Notes: generated by a model not told the origin, from the letters alone. A stretch of DNA of 64,000 nt from Octopus sinensis (GCF_006345805.1 NC_043017.1:992001-1056000), one strand, 5' to 3'; counted from the first letter of the stretch, positions 26,576-40,950 are shown. Translations and numbers: made by a program.

Positions 26576-28104
26576 TAAATATATAAATATATGCGTGTGT
26601 GTATGTGTGTGTATCACAGTATTGCTTCATAGTTGGTATAGATTTTACTAGAGACCCGTAACTATGATACTAAAAGGCAAAGGCGGAAAATAATTTCTAC
26701 ATTCTAAATATTTAATTTAAATTTTCGAGACATTGCCACAGTATGGCCGTAATCCATCAGTAGTAACAAATAAAGGTATTAACATGTGCATGCATGCATA
26801 TATACGGGTATATATATGTGTGTTTGTGCGTATACATGTATATGTATATATATATGTAAATATTTTTGTATATATATATATATATACGCACACACACACG
26901 TACACACACACACACATACGCTTACACATACATATATATATATCCACACACACACGTGTGTGTGTGTGTTTCTGAGCACATGTTCTATTATCCTCCCACC
27001 AGCCCATGTAACATTCTTTTGTACTCTCCTGCTGCCTGTCCTTCAGACTTATATGAAGAGTACATGAAGTACAAGATTGGTTCCCTTCCACCCCTGCCAA
27101 CGCAGCGCTCCAGTTTCTGCAACTCTAATTAGTTAATGGCTTGAAGAGGTTGGACCATAAGAGAAACATTCTCTTCTTAGGAGAAATGTGTAAAATGATT
27201 CCAAAACATGAAATAATGGTCCGATTCAATGGAAAATTTCGGTAGTCATTGAACCCTGGACCCATTTTGAACTTCCAACTTGCCAGTCACAAGCACATGA
27301 CTCCTTCTGAAAAACATGCAAATCGTTTGAATGCGCGAGAATGTAATGAAATTTTATCATGATTTATGGAGATGCGTATTGCAAACAAGATATTATCCTG
27401 AAGTACAAAGACAGCATTATCAAAGGCATGGGACACAGAGACTCTGTGATGAATAGCAATATAAATAATTTCAAATGAAAGAATAAAGACTTCACAGATA
27501 TCTGTGAGAGCCGTGTATGTTTCAGATAGCGGTAACTATAAACGTAAAGGAAAACAATTTCATTTCTCACAGGATAATTAACTTTGTAACAGACATCAAA
27601 TACTGCTTTCACAGACACACGCAAATATGAAGGTAAATAGACGCAAAGAAAGATGGATACCCTTTTCACTCTACCATTTCTCCATTGTTCTGCTCTTCTC
27701 TTGTACTGCGTGATTCTCTTTGTTTCTTTCCGCAATCCCTCCTTTGCATTTCGTTCTATCTCTCTGTGCCGTTTCTTAGATTTCATTTCTTCTGTCCACT
27801 TCGCTCAATTCTTAACTGCCTTTCCTGTCACCTCTCTCCCACACTCCCTCTTTCCTCATATCTATTTTCTCCTAAATTTCCCCACTCACATCCTTTCTTC
27901 TTTCCCTATCATCCTCTTCCTCCTTAACGAGCTTTTCCTCTCCCCCAACATTTGTCTTTCTTCCAGCTCTTCATTATCCGATTTCTTTTCCCTTCTTCCA
28001 TTTCGGTGCCACATGACCATCCGGTTTCTCATTCCTCCCATACTTTTGCAGCTTGACACCTGACTGTTTCAGTAGTCATCCCTTGGTCCCCCCTCCAAGC
28101 CTTT

Positions 28105-28220
28105 TCTGATACCAATGGTGATCAGAGCAACTGTAAACGCCATGCACACATCTCAATGAAAGTATTATCTGTCTGAGGTCCTTGTTGTGACTTGACAGAC
28201 GACGAAGGACTCCTCTGCAT

Positions 28221-28222
<2 letters not shown>
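28105..28222 (+). mobile_element. R4/Dong-like LINE extreme 3' fragment with (TAA)n tail
   Basis: IPMVIRA... plus tgcacacatctcaatgaaagtattatctgtctga (AHILRKVLS*-like) and ggtccttgttgtgacttg, similar to the 3'UTR at 28739; followed by (TAA)n. Confidence 0.5.
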
Positions 28223-28268
<46 letters not shown>

Positions 28269-28368
28269 TAATAATAATAATAATAACAATAATAATAATA
28301 ATAATAATAAAAATGATAATAAAAATAATAATAATAATAAAAAAAAAAAATAATAATAATTAATATTC

Positions 28369-28797
28369 GTCGCCATTTTTACATGGCTGTCCGTCCGAGC
28401 GGATTCTACTGCGACATTTTAACCCCAAGAGGACATCTGTTGTTGGTTAACGATGTACAGTTGCGTCTAATAAAATTGCTAGCATCTCCTTGCGGCGGGA
28501 CCAGTACACCAGCCATGGTTTCGGGCTATTTCTGCCGCTTCTCAATACTATTCAAAAGATAGTGCTCATGGCAACTGCTCATCTCCTACGCAAAATACTC
28601 TCTATGTAATCCCAAGGTTTAAACAAAATTTTTTTTTAATTTATGTATTAGACATTCACTAGTACAACACAAAAAAACCCAAATATATGGCACACTAGGC
28701 ATAACAACAATGTCAACTTCCAACCTGTTGTCTCTTGAGGTCTCTGGGTGAGACTTGGAGCCAACTTGTACAGACATAAAGCAAAAGTCAAACATAG
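28369..28797 (+). mobile_element. short (TAA)n-flanked element ending in an R4/Dong-like ORF terminus and 3'UTR
   Basis: IQKIVLMATAHLLRKILSM* at 28550-28609 matches the C-terminus of the Dong-like copy at 56134-56960; structured non-coding 5' part; TAA tracts on both sides. Confidence 0.7.
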
Positions 28798-29247
28798 AAT
28801 AATAATATTAATAATAATAATAATGATGATGATGATGATAATAATAATAATAATAATAATAACGATGATGATGATGATAAAAATTATAATAATGGTGATG
28901 ATGATGATAATAATAATAATAATAATGATGATGATGATGATGATCATAGTAATAAAAATGCATGTATCGTTCATTTCTTAGTTGAGGTTTTCCTCAACGC
29001 CCTTTCTTCGCATTCTACCACCGATGTCCAGTAACCCCATCAGTGCTTGCTGTTCACGCCACCAGAATGAACAATCTTATAGATAATGGGACGAGATTCT
29101 GATGATTTTTGGTGGATAAGTGATTGTGGGGAACATGTATTAACCTTGTGTTTCTTTGTCGTCCTTCGGTGCATTTTTTTACACACACGCACACACGTGC
29201 ACTCGATCACACACGTACATATTATATACAAGTATATACATATATAT

Positions 29248-29425
29248 AACGGGAAGGTTTACGAACATAAACAAAAGACGAAGGCAGGTGGAGTACAAAC
29301 AAACAATGTATTAGTATGGCGCTCAGGAATAGAAATAAAACAAGTCTTTTACGTTTCGAGCCTACGCTCTTCGACAGAAAGATACACAGAAAAGAAACAC
29401 GGAGAGAAACAAGGAGAGGAAAAAA
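29248..29425 (-). mobile_element. short hammerhead-bearing interspersed repeat (Penelope-related), copy 1
   Basis: Closely matches the reverse complement of 54280-54456; (TA)-rich flanks. Confidence 0.8.
29345..29382 (-). ncRNA. minimal hammerhead-like motif (variant core CUGUCGA)
   Basis: UCUUU-CUGUCGA-A-GAGC-GUAG-GCUC-GAAAC-GUA-AAAGA. Confidence 0.55.
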
Positions 29426-30198
29426 TTATATATATATACATACATATACATATGTTTGTAGTGAGAGAGTAGGAGATTGATGGGTAGATAGATAGATAGA
29501 TAGATAGATTGTTAGAGATAAGGCTTATTTTTATTACGATAGACGTACAAATATGATGCTTTTCTACAACGACTGTACAACAGCTCCAAATATCTCAGAA
29601 TATGATAAGCAAATTATACGACTGAAATTTAAAGTGGATCAGATTAAGGTGATTAGAACTAAATGAGAAGCTGGCTGTCATTACTCTACTCTCTCTCTCT
29701 CCCGCCCTCTCTGTCTTTCTCTCTCTCTCTCTCTCACTCCCTCTCTCTCTCTCTCTCTCTCTCTCCTAACCCTTTTGCTACTATACTTCACTGATCGTGA
29801 TGTAATTTTTTCCCCTTATAAGGTATTGCTTCCATCTTCCGACACTTTTTCTCTTAATCGACTTTCCTTCATTTTCTTTAACTCCTTCTTTCTCGTTCCT
29901 ATTTACGTTCCTTCAGTGTCTTCGTTTCTCTTTCCATGCTTTACTCCCGTCCTTTTATATAGTTTTCCGCTTTCTTTCTTTCTTTCTTTCTTTCTTTTTT
30001 ATGCCTGCTTTGTTCTCCGATATTTCTGCTCCTATTCGCTCTCATTCATTTAATTCCTCTCTTCTTCCTCCTACACCCTCTTCCTCACCCCATTTCCTCC
30101 TCCTCCTCCTCCTCCTCCTCCTACTACTACTACTATTACAAATACTACTACTACTACTATAAATAATACTACTATTACTGCTGCTACTGCTCCTGCTG

Positions 30199-30230
<32 letters not shown>

Positions 30231-30907
30231 GCTACTGCTAGTATTACTAGTACTACTATCTCGATGCTATTTTATTACTCTCTTCCTAAACTCCCCATAG
30301 GTGTCACAATGTGCAATTTATACTTAAAGATAAGTCGAGACGCAACTGTGTCCCGTGTCGACACTGTTTTATTAAAGTACCGCCGCATAACAGCTATATA
30401 TAATCTATACACTACAGCAGGACAGTATATATTAGGTGTGATACAGCAATATATACACATATAATACAATGCATTAACTGAGAAACTACAATATACGCAC
30501 GTGTACATAATGTTAGCGTATATTGTGTTTGTAATAACAATATATCAACTTTTATTATGACAATGGGTACCAGTGTTGTGCATGTGTATGAAAGCGAGTC
30601 TGTGTATTAGTAGGCTTTCCCAACATAAGTGAAGAACGGATGTATGAGCTGTGAATAAGAACAAAATAAAGAGCCTCACAAAAAGGCTAGAATACGCGAA
30701 CAAGCATACCGACACCTATTTTCAAATATATGTACACACACACAAAATACATAGACAAACATGCACATATATACAATTATTTATGCATATATATATATGG
30801 ACATATATACATATATATATATAATATATATATACAAACATATATGCATATATACACACACACACACAACACATATATATATATATATTATATATATATA
30901 ATATATA

Positions 30908-30952
<45 letters not shown>

Positions 30953-30968
30953 TACATATATATTTTCT

Positions 30969-31008
<40 letters not shown>

Positions 31009-31009
31009 G

Positions 31010-31040
<31 letters not shown>

Positions 31041-31048
31041 ACGTATAT

Positions 31049-31111
<63 letters not shown>

Positions 31112-31843
31112 TATTTACACACACACACACATATAGGTACAGGTAGTCATGTAGAAGTGTTTGTGGAATATTGAAACATACTTAATTCCACGGATATATT
31201 CTCGAAAATCCGTCGTCCTTCTTCCATCTCATTTTATGTCTCTTTCTCTCCTTCTCTCTTTGTCTATTTCTCTCTGTGTCTCTCCCTTTCAATGAACCTC
31301 TCTCTTAATCAGTCTCTCCCTCATTGTCTCTTTCGTTCTCTTTATTACACCTCCAAAGTCACTGGATATATGTTAATGTGCAAAAGAACTATGAACGCAC
31401 AAGCCCAAAGGAATATATTACGTACATCTGTGCAAATAAGCGCCATTTGTTTGTTTTTTACGCCCTACCATTTATATCACACCGCTTTCTTTTCAGATGT
31501 ATTTTAAATATTCCCTTTGATGGGAGATAAACGATAAATCTATCCACTTCAACACAGATATCTTATGTTTGATATTAATCCTTAGATACGGATTTAACCC
31601 TTGGCAACAGTTGTACATAACTGCCTTATTGTACATTTTCTTGTACGTACATAGACTCATGCATACATACAGATATGTGAAGTTTTATACATAATTCTAC
31701 ACAGGTTCATAAATGCAAATAACGGCACATTAGTGCGTCGACGTGAGCTCATGTGTGTTTAGGTATATATTTATATGATTACGTATACGTACATACATAC
31801 ATACATACATACATACATACATACATACATCATACATACATAT

Positions 31844-31900
<57 letters not shown>

Positions 31901-31973
31901 ATATATGTACATATTTGTAAGATTACGTATACACACACGCACACACACACACACACACGCATATATATATATA

Positions 31974-32443
31974 TTGGATCATCCCATTAATAATGCGGTT
32001 TTTTATACTTCTATTATTTTCCAAATTAAGATCAACAGAGTTGTTTTTTAACCTAAAATATACTCTCATTCATTTTCTCTTCCATCTTAATAGCAGAGTT
32101 GCAAGGCTCGTCTTCTGAATTCCACTTGTCAGTGAAGAAAACTATCTTCCTCTATTGTTCTGACCTCGTCTACAGAATTCATATTTTATACGTCCAAATG
32201 ATTTTGAAGACTGGGGAATAAGTGAAAGTTAAAGGGAGCAATATCTAACCTTTGGAATGTCATCCTTGCTGTATGTGGCCGAGGATTATCCTGATGGAAG
32301 AACACCTTTCGTCTTGAAACCAAAGATGGTCGTTCTCATTCTAGCGCTGACTTAAGCCGCTCAAGCTGCTCGCAGCAGATCTCTTTTGTTATCGTTTGGT
32401 TTTGGTTTAAAAGTTCAAAGTAGACTATACCTTGAATATCCCA
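31974..32443 (-). mobile_element. mariner (DD34D-type) 3' half with TIR
   Basis: Minus strand translates WDIQGIVYFELL..QTITKEICCEQLERLKSALE*ERPSLVSRRKVFFHQDNPRPHTARMT, then DIAPFNFHLFPSLQNHL; TA+ttggatcatcccattaataatgcggtttttt terminus. Confidence 0.85.
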
Positions 32444-32449
32444 TCAATC

Positions 32450-33342
32450 AGATCACGGGTATTTTTGACGCTTCCTTCTTTTTGTTTTTAATCAAGGTTC
32501 TAAGGCCGCAAAAGCTGCTCGCGACATTTGTGCTATGTATGGAGAGGGTGCCATAGCGGAAAGAAGCGCTCGTGATTGGTATGCAAGTTCAAAAATCTTT
32601 TGACCTCAAAAAACACAGCGTTTTATGGCCGTCTAGTTGAGTTCGATGAAAAGCGATTAAACAAACTGTTGCACGAAAATTCATGTCAAACGACCAGGGA
32701 ACTGGAAGAGGAAATGGAATGCTCTCACACTACTGTAGAGAAGTATCTTCACTCGATGAGAAAGGTTCAAAAGCATGGAGCATGGGTTCAGCATGCTTTA
32801 AGTCACAACAAAAATCAACGAGCCACAATCACAGCTGGTTTGCTTGCTCGACACCGCTCAACTCATGGACACAAGCTACGATTACTTTACCGAATCGTTA
32901 CTGGCGACGGAAAATGGTGCCTGTACACCAAGAGAAAAGACCTAATCGGCTGCATGGAGTTCTTCTACTGCACAACTACGTCCGCCCTCATATCACCAAT
33001 ATGACCAAGGAAGCCATTCAAACCCATGGATGGGAAGTGCTGCCACAACCACCGTACTGTCCTGATTTGGCACCAACGGATTTCCACCGCTTTCGATCTC
33101 TTTCAAATGCTATGCGCAGAGTTCGTTTCAGTACTGATGCAGAATTGAGAGCTTGATTGGATCAAGTTTTTGAGTCGAAATCAGGTGATTTCTACCAACG
33201 ATGTATTGAAAATCTCGTTGAACGTTGGGAAGAAGTTGTAAACAACAAGGGTGAATACATTATTGATTAGTTAGTTGTTATTTTTATTAAACGTTTTAAA
33301 ATCTAAATTTAAAAAACGGCGGGAACTTAGTTGCCAACGTAA
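32450..33342 (+). mobile_element. mariner (DD34D-type) transposase pseudogene with right TIR, internally deleted
   Basis: HTH region FNQGSKAAKAARDICAMYGEGAIAERSARDWY; RIVTGDGKWCLY; LLHNYVRPH; WEVLPQPPYCPDLAPTDFH; end aaaaaacggcgggaacttagttgccaacgtaa+TA. Confidence 0.9.
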
Positions 33343-33388
33343 TATATATATATTTATGCATATATATATTATATATATATATATATAT

Positions 33389-33419
<31 letters not shown>

Positions 33420-33517
33420 TACATATACATATTTATATGTATGTATATATATATGTACATATATATAATATATATATATATATATATAATATATATATAC
33501 ATATATATATAATATAT

Positions 33518-33705
33518 AATTCGAGACAAAACCAATGAAAGACTTAATCAATACATAAAATTTTAATATAAATTAAATAAACCGTTTGGTTTTAAAATAG
33601 TGGTTTTCTCTCGAATTATATTATATATTATTTTACTATAAAATTGGATTTAACCCTAAATCTGATTTTTCCCTGTAATTTTGGATTCATTCCCTAATAT
33701 TTATT
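33518..33705. repeat. AT-rich repeat: short palindrome (33518-33617) plus ttttccctgtaa module
   Basis: aattcgagacaaaacca / tggttttctctcgaatt; modules shared with 24218-24290 and 51590-51959. Confidence 0.6.
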
Positions 33706-34393
33706 ATTATATAAATATATATATATAAGTATATATATGTACATGTATACATGTATGTATATGTGATTATAGAGATAGCTATAACTAGGTCTATGCTTGT
33801 AAAAACAGATGTAAGTACAAATACAGATAGAAATTAAAATGTAATTTGAAAAAAAAATCAAGAAAAATTTAAAAGAAAGATACTTGTACACATCCATATG
33901 TATCGTTGTCTTTATGTCCACATTCAAGCACTTGTAGTCACATACATCTAAATAATGATCCGTATATATAGACGTTTACGTATGATTAACTGAATCTCTG
34001 TTTATAAATATATGGGCATTTTTATAAGCACAGAATTTTCTATAAGTGTACCTACACACGCAAGCGCAAGCACAAACAAATACAAACGCATGTATGTATA
34101 TGTACTCCGATGTAGATATACGCCTACACGCACATGTATGCACGTTTAGCAACTTATACATAAACAAGAACATTACGAGGGTCAGGTAGCAATGCATGTA
34201 ACAGGATGAAAAAGGAAGTGCTTCAAAGAGCGGAAAAGCTTCTCGCAATGAAGCTAATGGCGACCATTACACGGAGCAGTTTCAGCTGACATCATATTAC
34301 CTACCTATTCATACAAACACCGCTGTATACAGGCAGTTTTATGAGGTTAGATATGGATTTTTAATACAACACACACACACACATATATCTCCA

Positions 34394-34444
<51 letters not shown>

Positions 34445-34701
34445 TATATATATATATATGTATATATTCATATGTATGTGTGTATGTATTATGTATAAGC
34501 AGAGCTATACGGCAGCAGCATATATTCCCATAAAATAGACGTGAGTGATCTTGATGCGAACGTAAAGATTATAATTATCATTCTTATCTAGTGACATAAA
34601 AATGCATCGAGACTGCCATCTCATTGATAATCCATTCATATATTCTATAATTCTATATATGTTCACATGTGTGTATATAACTAAGTATCCATGTATCTTT
34701 C

Positions 34702-34742
<41 letters not shown>

Positions 34743-35049
34743 TGATATTGATATATATACATATACATATATATATATACATAACTATATACGTGTATGT
34801 ATATGTATATACATACACATATATAGGTATGTATATATATATATTTATATATTTACATGCCTATATATATATATATAAACACGTAAACACAGATATACAA
34901 CTGTGTCTCAAGATTATAGTATTAATTATATTGCAGTAAAGCACGCAGTGTTCTGTTCTCGCATCAAAGGCATGGAAATACACACGGCAGATACTGTCCG
35001 GGATTGTCTTTGTTTTCCCCTTTCGTTCGAAAATGGTTTCCCGACTATA

Positions 35050-35970
35050 TTACCAATTTCAAATGGAAATCTAGCTTCTTCTATATCATACCCGAAGTTC
35101 ACAAAACTGAAAAAAAGAAGCGAGTCATGTAAGGAGACACTGACGTATAGAGTAAGTTTCACTCACCTTACGATCTAAGATTAAGACCTATCATAGCTGC
35201 TTCGGCATACGAAACTTATCACGAGAGTAATTTTTAGATTTGCTACTTCAGCCATTTTTCATTCGCATACTAATTATCATAATAAATGATTGAGATATGC
35301 TCAAACATCTCTCCAGGAAGGATGAGAGAAAACTTATAGAGTATATTTCGTTGCAGTGAATTTCTATTAAAACATCCATTACGATTTAGGATAAGAAGCC
35401 ATTAAGTTCTGGTTACATAATTATACAAGTGAAAAACCGCGTCACTAAAAGAAAGACTTTATAACGGGGGAAAAAGTTAGAGAATGAATATTTTACACTG
35501 AAAAGGAGAGATTTTTCGACACAAATATGGAATTATGATGAGTACGAACTAGATTAGAATATCTCGTTACCTAGAGATCACTCCGTATTAAAAAAAGACA
35601 AAAAATTGAGAACTAGCAAAACTCTTTCTCTACATATAAATACAAGAACATTTGAGAAGTTATTTCGTTCTAAGGAAGGAATTCCTATAGAAACTAAAAC
35701 GATTGGAGCCAGTTCGTATTGAAATTGGCAATATTCAATTTGCCATGGAATATAACTGTAAACCAGTCCCAATTTTAGACATACTTATGAAGAATGATAG
35801 CATCCAACTGGAGTTGGACATTTACTATAAACCTACAGGCTCAACACAATATCTTCCATTCAATTCTTGCCATCCGTGTCATCCTAAAATGAAAGCCCTT
35901 TATAACCCAGCCAACAGAATCTGTACAGCTGCATCTGATACAAAGATCCGTGACGAAACAGTCTTCTAGA
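35050..35970 (+). mobile_element. Penelope-like element reverse transcriptase remnant
   Basis: FYIIPEVHK (FYGLPKIHK-like), LRLRPIIA, and the thumb region IQFAMEY..PILDIL..DIYYKPTGSTQYLPFNSCHPCHPK..YNPANRICT, typical of PLE RTs; many stops and frameshifts. Confidence 0.85.
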
Positions 35971-37176
35971 CTTCTTGGATTAAAGGCCTTGGCGCCGCAC
36001 ATTGGGGCTGAACCTGAAACCACGTTGTTGGAAAGCAGGTTTCTTAACCGCTACGATTTTGCCTTTTCGTTATCCTTTTCTTAGTCCCCGCCTCCTTTCT
36101 TCGTAGGCCGACTGAGGTTCATAAAGAAATTCCAGACTGAAATATCTACTGGGTTCGAAATGTTGGGCTTTTATTCAATTCCCCAAACTTGCCTTGTGCA
36201 CGGAAAGTGAATAATTAATTACGATCGTACATACACTTTTTAATCATTATTCATAAAGGAGAGCCAGGCCTGTGGTTCTGAACAGGGACTTCTGTAAAGG
36301 GAATGGCGTGAGGTAGGACATTCGCAAAAGTGTAACCTGGCAGCATAAATAAACGTAATAGTGCACCACACAATCGGTATGCGATCTTCCAAGAGGGGAG
36401 GCTAAATCGGATTAAGTACAAAAAAAAAATTGACCGTAGTGGTATTTGAACCCAATACAAAATACTGAAACAAATGTCATAAAGAATCTGGTTCATTTAC
36501 TTATATGTTTCTGTTTTAGTGTCTTGCCTTGGTACATTTTTATTTTCTTCCAAATATATGAAAGGCAAATTTGATGTCGGTGGCATTTGAAACAACGCAG
36601 TCTTCACTCAAATTACGCGTGGTATATTTTGAGTAGTGAGTCGTAACGTATGACTAGTCACTTAAAAATATACTGTAATTAGAAGGAAATATTGTTACAG
36701 AGAGCTAATGATGTGGTATTTTCGTCAATAAAAGCTAAGGATAGGACCCCGTAATGCCTGTGTACGTAAGCCGATATTCTAGGTATACACATTCACTTAA
36801 AGTATACTTCTCGAACGAATATCATAGGATAAATGTGTGTGTGTCCCTTTAACTGTTTCTTCCTCACTTCCGCTTTCTGGTTTTCTCTCTCTCTTCCTGT
36901 CTCTCTGTGTCTTTCTTCTTTTCTCTGTCTTACTTTCTCTCTCTTTTATCTGGCTTTTCACAAACTCTACCTGATGAAATATAATTCGTCTGCAACGCAA
37001 AGGAAAGAGTTCAGTGTTAACGACATTTCTCGCCAAGCAAATCAGGGCACAGAACCCTGTGATGTATCTGTGCGTTTGTAATATCTGGGCTCTTTGTCGA
37101 TATCCAAGCTTTTTCACTTTGTCCTGTGCTCGACTTCAAAACTATAACATCCAACAGCTATCACTGTATTACAATT

Positions 37177-37213
<37 letters not shown>

Positions 37214-37619
37214 TCCTCTCTTTCTCTCTGCCTCTTTCTCTCTCATAACCAAGCACGTATTTCTCAGCGACCTATTTTCTTATCCTCTGAGCATTCCTGC
37301 AGGCAATTCGCTCTCCTTTAATAGTCTCAGTTATTTTATGACATTCCTAACTACAAAACGTAATTTCCTATCAATTCCATACGGAATACATATTACAGCA
37401 AAGAAGGGAATTTCGCAGTAGAAACTTTTTTATTGTATCTTAGACATAATTCTCGTTTCTTTTTTCATTAACGGATAATGATAACTTAGCTTAGAAACGT
37501 TACAACGTCATGCATTTTATTACGCGTGTATTTAGTAATATATTGTATGTACGCATGTGTATTTTTGTCTTTATGTGTGTGTGTATGTATAGGTATATAC
37601 GTGTATAATTGTCTGTCTG

Positions 37620-37713
<94 letters not shown>

Positions 37714-37801
37714 AATCTAGTTATCTGTCGGTCTGCCTGTCTGTCTCTGTCGGTCAGTTTATGTATTCTTTTGTATATATATATATACATATATATATAT
37801 A

Positions 37802-37839
<38 letters not shown>

Positions 37840-37962
37840 GATATGTATATATGTATATATGTATATATGTATAACAGACCAACGTATTGAGGGATAGCTA
37901 AAGAGATAGATATATATATTTAGATAAATAGATAGATAGAGCGATAAATAGACAGATAGATA

Positions 37963-38000
<38 letters not shown>

Positions 38001-38367
38001 GATAGACAGATAGATAGATATATAGATAAATAGATACAAAGATAGATAGATAGATAGATAGATAAATAGATGCATAAAATGATACATGCAGGAGTAGATA
38101 CATGTAGTTAAATATATAGAGGGAGATAGGCAGATAAATAGATTAACAGATGGTTATAGATATAGATTTATAATTTCTCCACGTGAACAATCGCCATCTC
38201 AACCTCTGCAGTAAATGTAATTTGTGCAATTAAGATAATATAAATTCTATTCCCTTGGCGTTATGCTCACTCATCTGAAAGCTTAACGAAAAGCAATTCA
38301 AATAATAAACAATATATAAAATTTTCCAATAGTAAATGAAACTATTACGATTATAAAGAAACAATCG

Positions 38368-38780
38368 AGCGCAAGCATGGCTGCCTGGTTAAAAACTCCC
38401 GGTTCGCTACCTCATTCTTGCAGGATCTATTCCCTTGCACAGCACTTGGGAACGTGTTCATATAAAGCAGCTTATTATAGCCCCGTTCCGATTTGTTGGT
38501 GAAGTTGGTTGACGGAAACTAGGAAGGATCCAGCTTGCTTTCCAATCACATGGTTCAGGGTTATATATATATATGTATGTATGTATTTATATGTCGTGTT
38601 TGTCTTCTCCCCCACTATCGTTGAACTAATTAAGTTGGGTTCAGCAAAGAGACCGATAGAATTAGTACAAGGCTTGAAAAAATGTCCTGTGGTCGATTTC
38701 TTCGACTAAAAACAGTGCTCCAGTATGGCCGCAGTCAAATGAATAAAACAAGTAACAGAATAAAAGAATAAAAGAATAAA
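38368..38780 (+). mobile_element. SINE family B, diverged near-full copy
   Basis: gcgcaagcatggctgcctggttaa head, internal TA tract, tail agaccgatagaattagtac...ctccagtatggccgcagtcaaatg. Confidence 0.75.
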
Positions 38781-38797
38781 AGAATATATATACATAT

Positions 38798-38880
<83 letters not shown>

Positions 38881-39272
38881 GTGAATATAAACGGATATAT
38901 ATGTACATGCATACATATCGTGTTTTTGCATATAAGAATCTAAGAATCGATAAATGCAATTTTTTCTTGTTTCTTTTTTCTCCATCAAATACGAAATTTG
39001 CAGCATCATGTGCAGTGGGGATTCCGCTGCTGTTAGTTGATTCCCATGCATATTGCGGAATGAGTAGATTTCTGTGTGTTGTTGAGATTTGAAGGCATGT
39101 TTAAGCAGAAGGCAATATAATATGCAGAACAGTACGGGAGGTGTTGTGAGCTTTTCTTTATGCGTGTGTGCTGGTATTTAAGAGAATATGCATGTGTAAA
39201 TTTGTGCATGCGTGTGCTTGCATTTGTACGTGTGTGTCTCTGTGTGTGTACGAGTCTCTGTGTGTGTGTGTG

Positions 39273-39342
<70 letters not shown>

Positions 39343-39481
39343 CGTGTGTGTGCGCGTGATTCTGTGTTTAGTTCAGGAAGGCTGGCGATGAGTGATTCAG
39401 AAAAATTATTTGTGACGAGGATAAATCACAGTACACTTTATACTGAAGCGGATATATATCGTAAGAGAGGCAACGACAAGA

Positions 39482-39545
<64 letters not shown>

Positions 39546-39602
39546 GATAGATAGATAGATAGATAGATGGATGGATGGATAGATGGATGGATAGATAGAT
39601 AG

Positions 39603-39675
<73 letters not shown>
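39482..39675. repeat. (ATAG)n microsatellite
   Basis: Direct. Confidence 0.95.
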
Positions 39676-39679
39676 ATGG

Positions 39680-39757
<78 letters not shown>

Positions 39758-40259
39758 TGAGAGACGGAGAGAGAAAGAAAGAGAGAGAGTGAAAGAGAGA
39801 GAGAGAGCAGAAAGCATACAAGTTGCGACGCTGAAGTAATGTGAAGCGAAGAAGACGGAATCTGCTGAAGGGAAGACGTGCTTTGACAAAATATAGATAA
39901 AAGAATAGAAAAAGACATGCATCGCATTATGCAGATCCGAAGGATTTTCCGCGAGAATAATTGTAAGCAATATGCAAAAGCGGAAATGGGTTGCGTTGAG
40001 AACGAAATACATTGTCGTAGTCGCCATTGTTGTAGAAGAACTTGCAGGAGAAATTGTTATAAGTATTATTCTTGTTGATATTTTTATCATCGTTGTTGTT
40101 GGTTTTGTTGTAAGAATAGGGCTAGCATTGGTCAAGGAGACCTTTGTCCATCTTAATTCAGCCACGAATTCTATATATATATTTCCCATTTTTTTTAGCC
40201 ACTTTATATTATTTATCCCCTGTTTTTATATAAAATTTTATGATTTATTTATTTAATGT

Positions 40260-40445
40260 TTTATTCATTTGACTGTGGATATCATGTTGCAACACTTTTG
40301 GGGTTTAGTCAAAGAAATTTACCCTAGTACTTAATTTTCAAAGACCGGTCCTTATTATGTCGGACAATATTTGGTGGACATTTAGGTAACGGGAACTTAA
40401 AAAGAACAACACCGGTTGTCAAGCGGTGATGCGGTCAAACAAAAA
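40260..40445 (-). mobile_element. SINE family B 3' half
   Basis: ttcatttgactgtgg...ttagtcaaagaaat...caacaccggttgtcaagcggtg. Confidence 0.65.
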
Positions 40446-40515
40446 GTACAATCTCATATAGGTATATGTGTAGAATATATGCACACATGAATATAACAAT
40501 ATATGTATATATGAA

Positions 40516-40913
40516 GGCGGCGAGCTGGCGGAAAGATTAGCAAGCCGGGTGGAATGGTTAGTGGCATTTCGTGTGTCTTTACGTTCGGAGTTCAAATTCC
40601 GCCGAGATCGACTTTGCCTTTCATCCTTTCGCGGTCGATAAATTAAGTACCAGTTACGCACTGGTGTCGATATAACCGACATAATCCGTTTGTCTGTCCT
40701 TGTTTATCCTCTCTGTGTTTAGCTCCTTGTGGGTAGTAAAGAAATAGGTATTTCGTGTGTCTTTACTTTCTGAGTTCAAGTTCTGCCGAGGTCGACTTTG
40801 CCTTCCATCAGTTCAGGTTCGATAAATTAAGTACCAGTTGCGTACTGCGGTCGACCTAATCGACTGTCCGCCTCCCCAAGCTTTCAGGCTTTGTGCCTAA
40901 ATTGGAAAAGAAT
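40516..40913 (+). mobile_element. SINE family A dimer (second unit from 40747)
   Basis: Same junction as at 26393 (gtgggtagtaaagaaataggtatttcg). Confidence 0.9.
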
Positions 40914-40919
40914 ATATGC

Positions 40920-40950
<31 letters not shown>

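Noticed and set aside
28083-28100. ttggtccccctccaa resembling the miR-133 5' end
   Set aside because: Diverges after the seed region and has no precursor hairpin.
37045-37080. accctgtgat in a short gcacaga/tctgtgc hairpin (miR-10-like)
   Set aside because: The match is too short and lies in the loop rather than in an arm.
39377-39466. Possible exon (MSDSEKLFVTR...) ending at gtaaga
   Set aside because: Weak acceptor and no recognisable protein similarity.
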